Positions 5,946 to 6,592 of a stretch of DNA of 6,592 bases are shown here, one piece after another (the stretch's first letter is position 1; every line of letters begins with the position of its first letter). The translations under genes and the position numbers were made by a program. The notes beneath the pieces were generated by a model. It saw only the letters and a list, made by a program, of their open reading frames with translations. It ran no database searches and had not been told where the DNA came from. Source of the DNA: a virus (Duplodnaviria > Heunggongvirae > Uroviricota > Caudoviricetes); the IMG/VR virus record IMGVR_UViG_2778261619_000004, positions 1-6,592 of that record; one strand, 5' to 3'.

Positions 5946-6293
5946 TTACCCATGTATTATATATATAACTGCATCAATAAATCCCAATGCAGCTTGCAAC
6001 TTTTTTCTTATAGTCCCATCAGAGCATTTTCTCTTCTTCGCAATAGTGCGTAATGAGATACCGATAACAAAGTGAGCAATTATCAGCTCATACTCTTCCG
6101 GCTTATATTTACGCAACCTAGCCACACAACTATCTATCATGATGCCTTCATCATCATCACACTGGAGACGTGACTTTTTACCGTGTGGTAAAAGTCCCTT
6201 GAAACCAGCCGCTATCGGCTGCCAGTCCACACCACTATTTTCTGCTGCAGCCCATGCTCCCCAGCGGTCCAATACTTCATACATATCACGCAT
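5946..6293 (-). CDS. Late-gene antitermination protein Q (QuuD / phage 82-like small Q family)
   Basis: 115 aa from ATG at 6293-6291 (the ORF track starts one codon earlier at TTG). MRDMYEVLDRWGAWAAAENSGVDWQPIAAGFKGL...RLQCDDDEG resembles E. coli DLP12 QuuD as recalled (MRDIQMVLERWGAWAAN...SSIAAGFKGL...RPQCCDDD). SD GGAG upstream. Positioned upstream of the lysis cassette as in lambdoid phages. Confidence 0.75.
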   Translation of the reverse strand: MRDMYEVLDRWGAWAAAENSGVDWQPIAAGFKGLLPHGKKSRLQCDDDEGIMIDSCVARLRKYKPEEYELIIAHFVIGISLRTIAKKRKCSDGTIRKKLQAALGFIDAVIYIIHG

Positions 6294-6310
6294 CAACTTT
6301 CTCCACCAAA

Positions 6311-6592
6311 TCAGGCCAGCACGCCAATTGCCAGCGCACGATCAATAAAACGAAATATCAGCTCCAACTGGGAGCCATACTTCTCTTCAAATGCCACGGT
6401 ATCCGCATGCAGCTCGTCGTGATGCTTTCTGCACAAAGGCAACACAAAGAGGTCATGCGCTTTTGTACCCATTCCCCCCTGACCGTGGCCTATCAGGTGG
6501 TGGGGATCATCAGCAGGCTTTCCACAACATGCACACGGCTGTGTCTTAACCCAGCGCGTGTACTTTTCATTAACCCAGCGGCGACGTTTTGG
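6311..6592 (-). CDS. Cys/His-rich nin-region protein, possibly YbcO-like putative nuclease; C-terminal 93 codons, N-terminus outside window
   Basis: Minus-strand frame open from the window edge to TGA at 6313-6311, 17 bp upstream of Q. Translation ...QPCACCGKPADDPHHLIGHGQGGMGTKAHDLFVLPLCRKHHDELH... has a CxxC...HH...C..HH..H cluster. The block HLIGHGQGGMGTKAHDL...CRKHHDEL loosely parallels my recollection of DLP12 YbcO (HIRLTGLCGTGTKPPDL...CSACHDEI). Confidence 0.5.
   Translation of the reverse strand, partial: PKRRRWVNEKYTRWVKTQPCACCGKPADDPHHLIGHGQGGMGTKAHDLFVLPLCRKHHDELHADTVAFEEKYGSQLELIFRFIDRALAIGVLA

Noticed and set aside
5851-6075. 74-aa plus-strand ORF
   Set aside because: Overlaps the 3' end of the membrane-protein gene in another frame and runs antisense into Q; both flanking genes are better supported.
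6139-6348. 69-aa plus-strand ORF
   Set aside because: Antisense to Q and the upstream Cys/His-protein gene; Ser/Pro/Arg-rich spurious translation.
1-6592. CRISPR array, rRNA genes, or integrase/attachment site
   Set aside because: No regularly spaced direct repeats, no rRNA-like sequence, and no integrase-like ORF in any frame; the window covers the late/packaging region, not the integration module.

Overview
This window is the late-region junction of a lambdoid (cos-type) prophage, with all phage genes on the minus strand. Reading the minus strand from high to low coordinates: a partial Cys/His-rich nin-region protein (6311-6592), antiterminator Q (5946-6293), a class I holin (3102-3428), the lambda-type endolysin R (2622-3098), spanins Rz and embedded Rz1 (2161-2625, 2223-2405), a lambda-like cos site (cosN about 1949-1960), a Nu1-like small terminase (1283-1774) and the 5' 1.28 kb of a gpA-family large terminase (1-1283, runs off the window). 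Inserted between Q and the holin, on the opposite (+) strand and visibly AT-rich, is a two-gene cassette: a divergent homolog of the nucleoid-associated protein NdpA/YejK (NA37 family; 3719-4753) overlapping a 390-aa protein with no motif I recognise and 2-3 C-terminal transmembrane helices (4743-5921). This is the Q-S moron position where Stx toxin genes sit in Stx phages, and the cassette is the main candidate for an undescribed system (phage defence, superinfection exclusion or lysis modulation). Its function cannot be established from sequence alone. All protein similarities are from by-eye comparison with sequences recalled from memory; no database search or computation was run.
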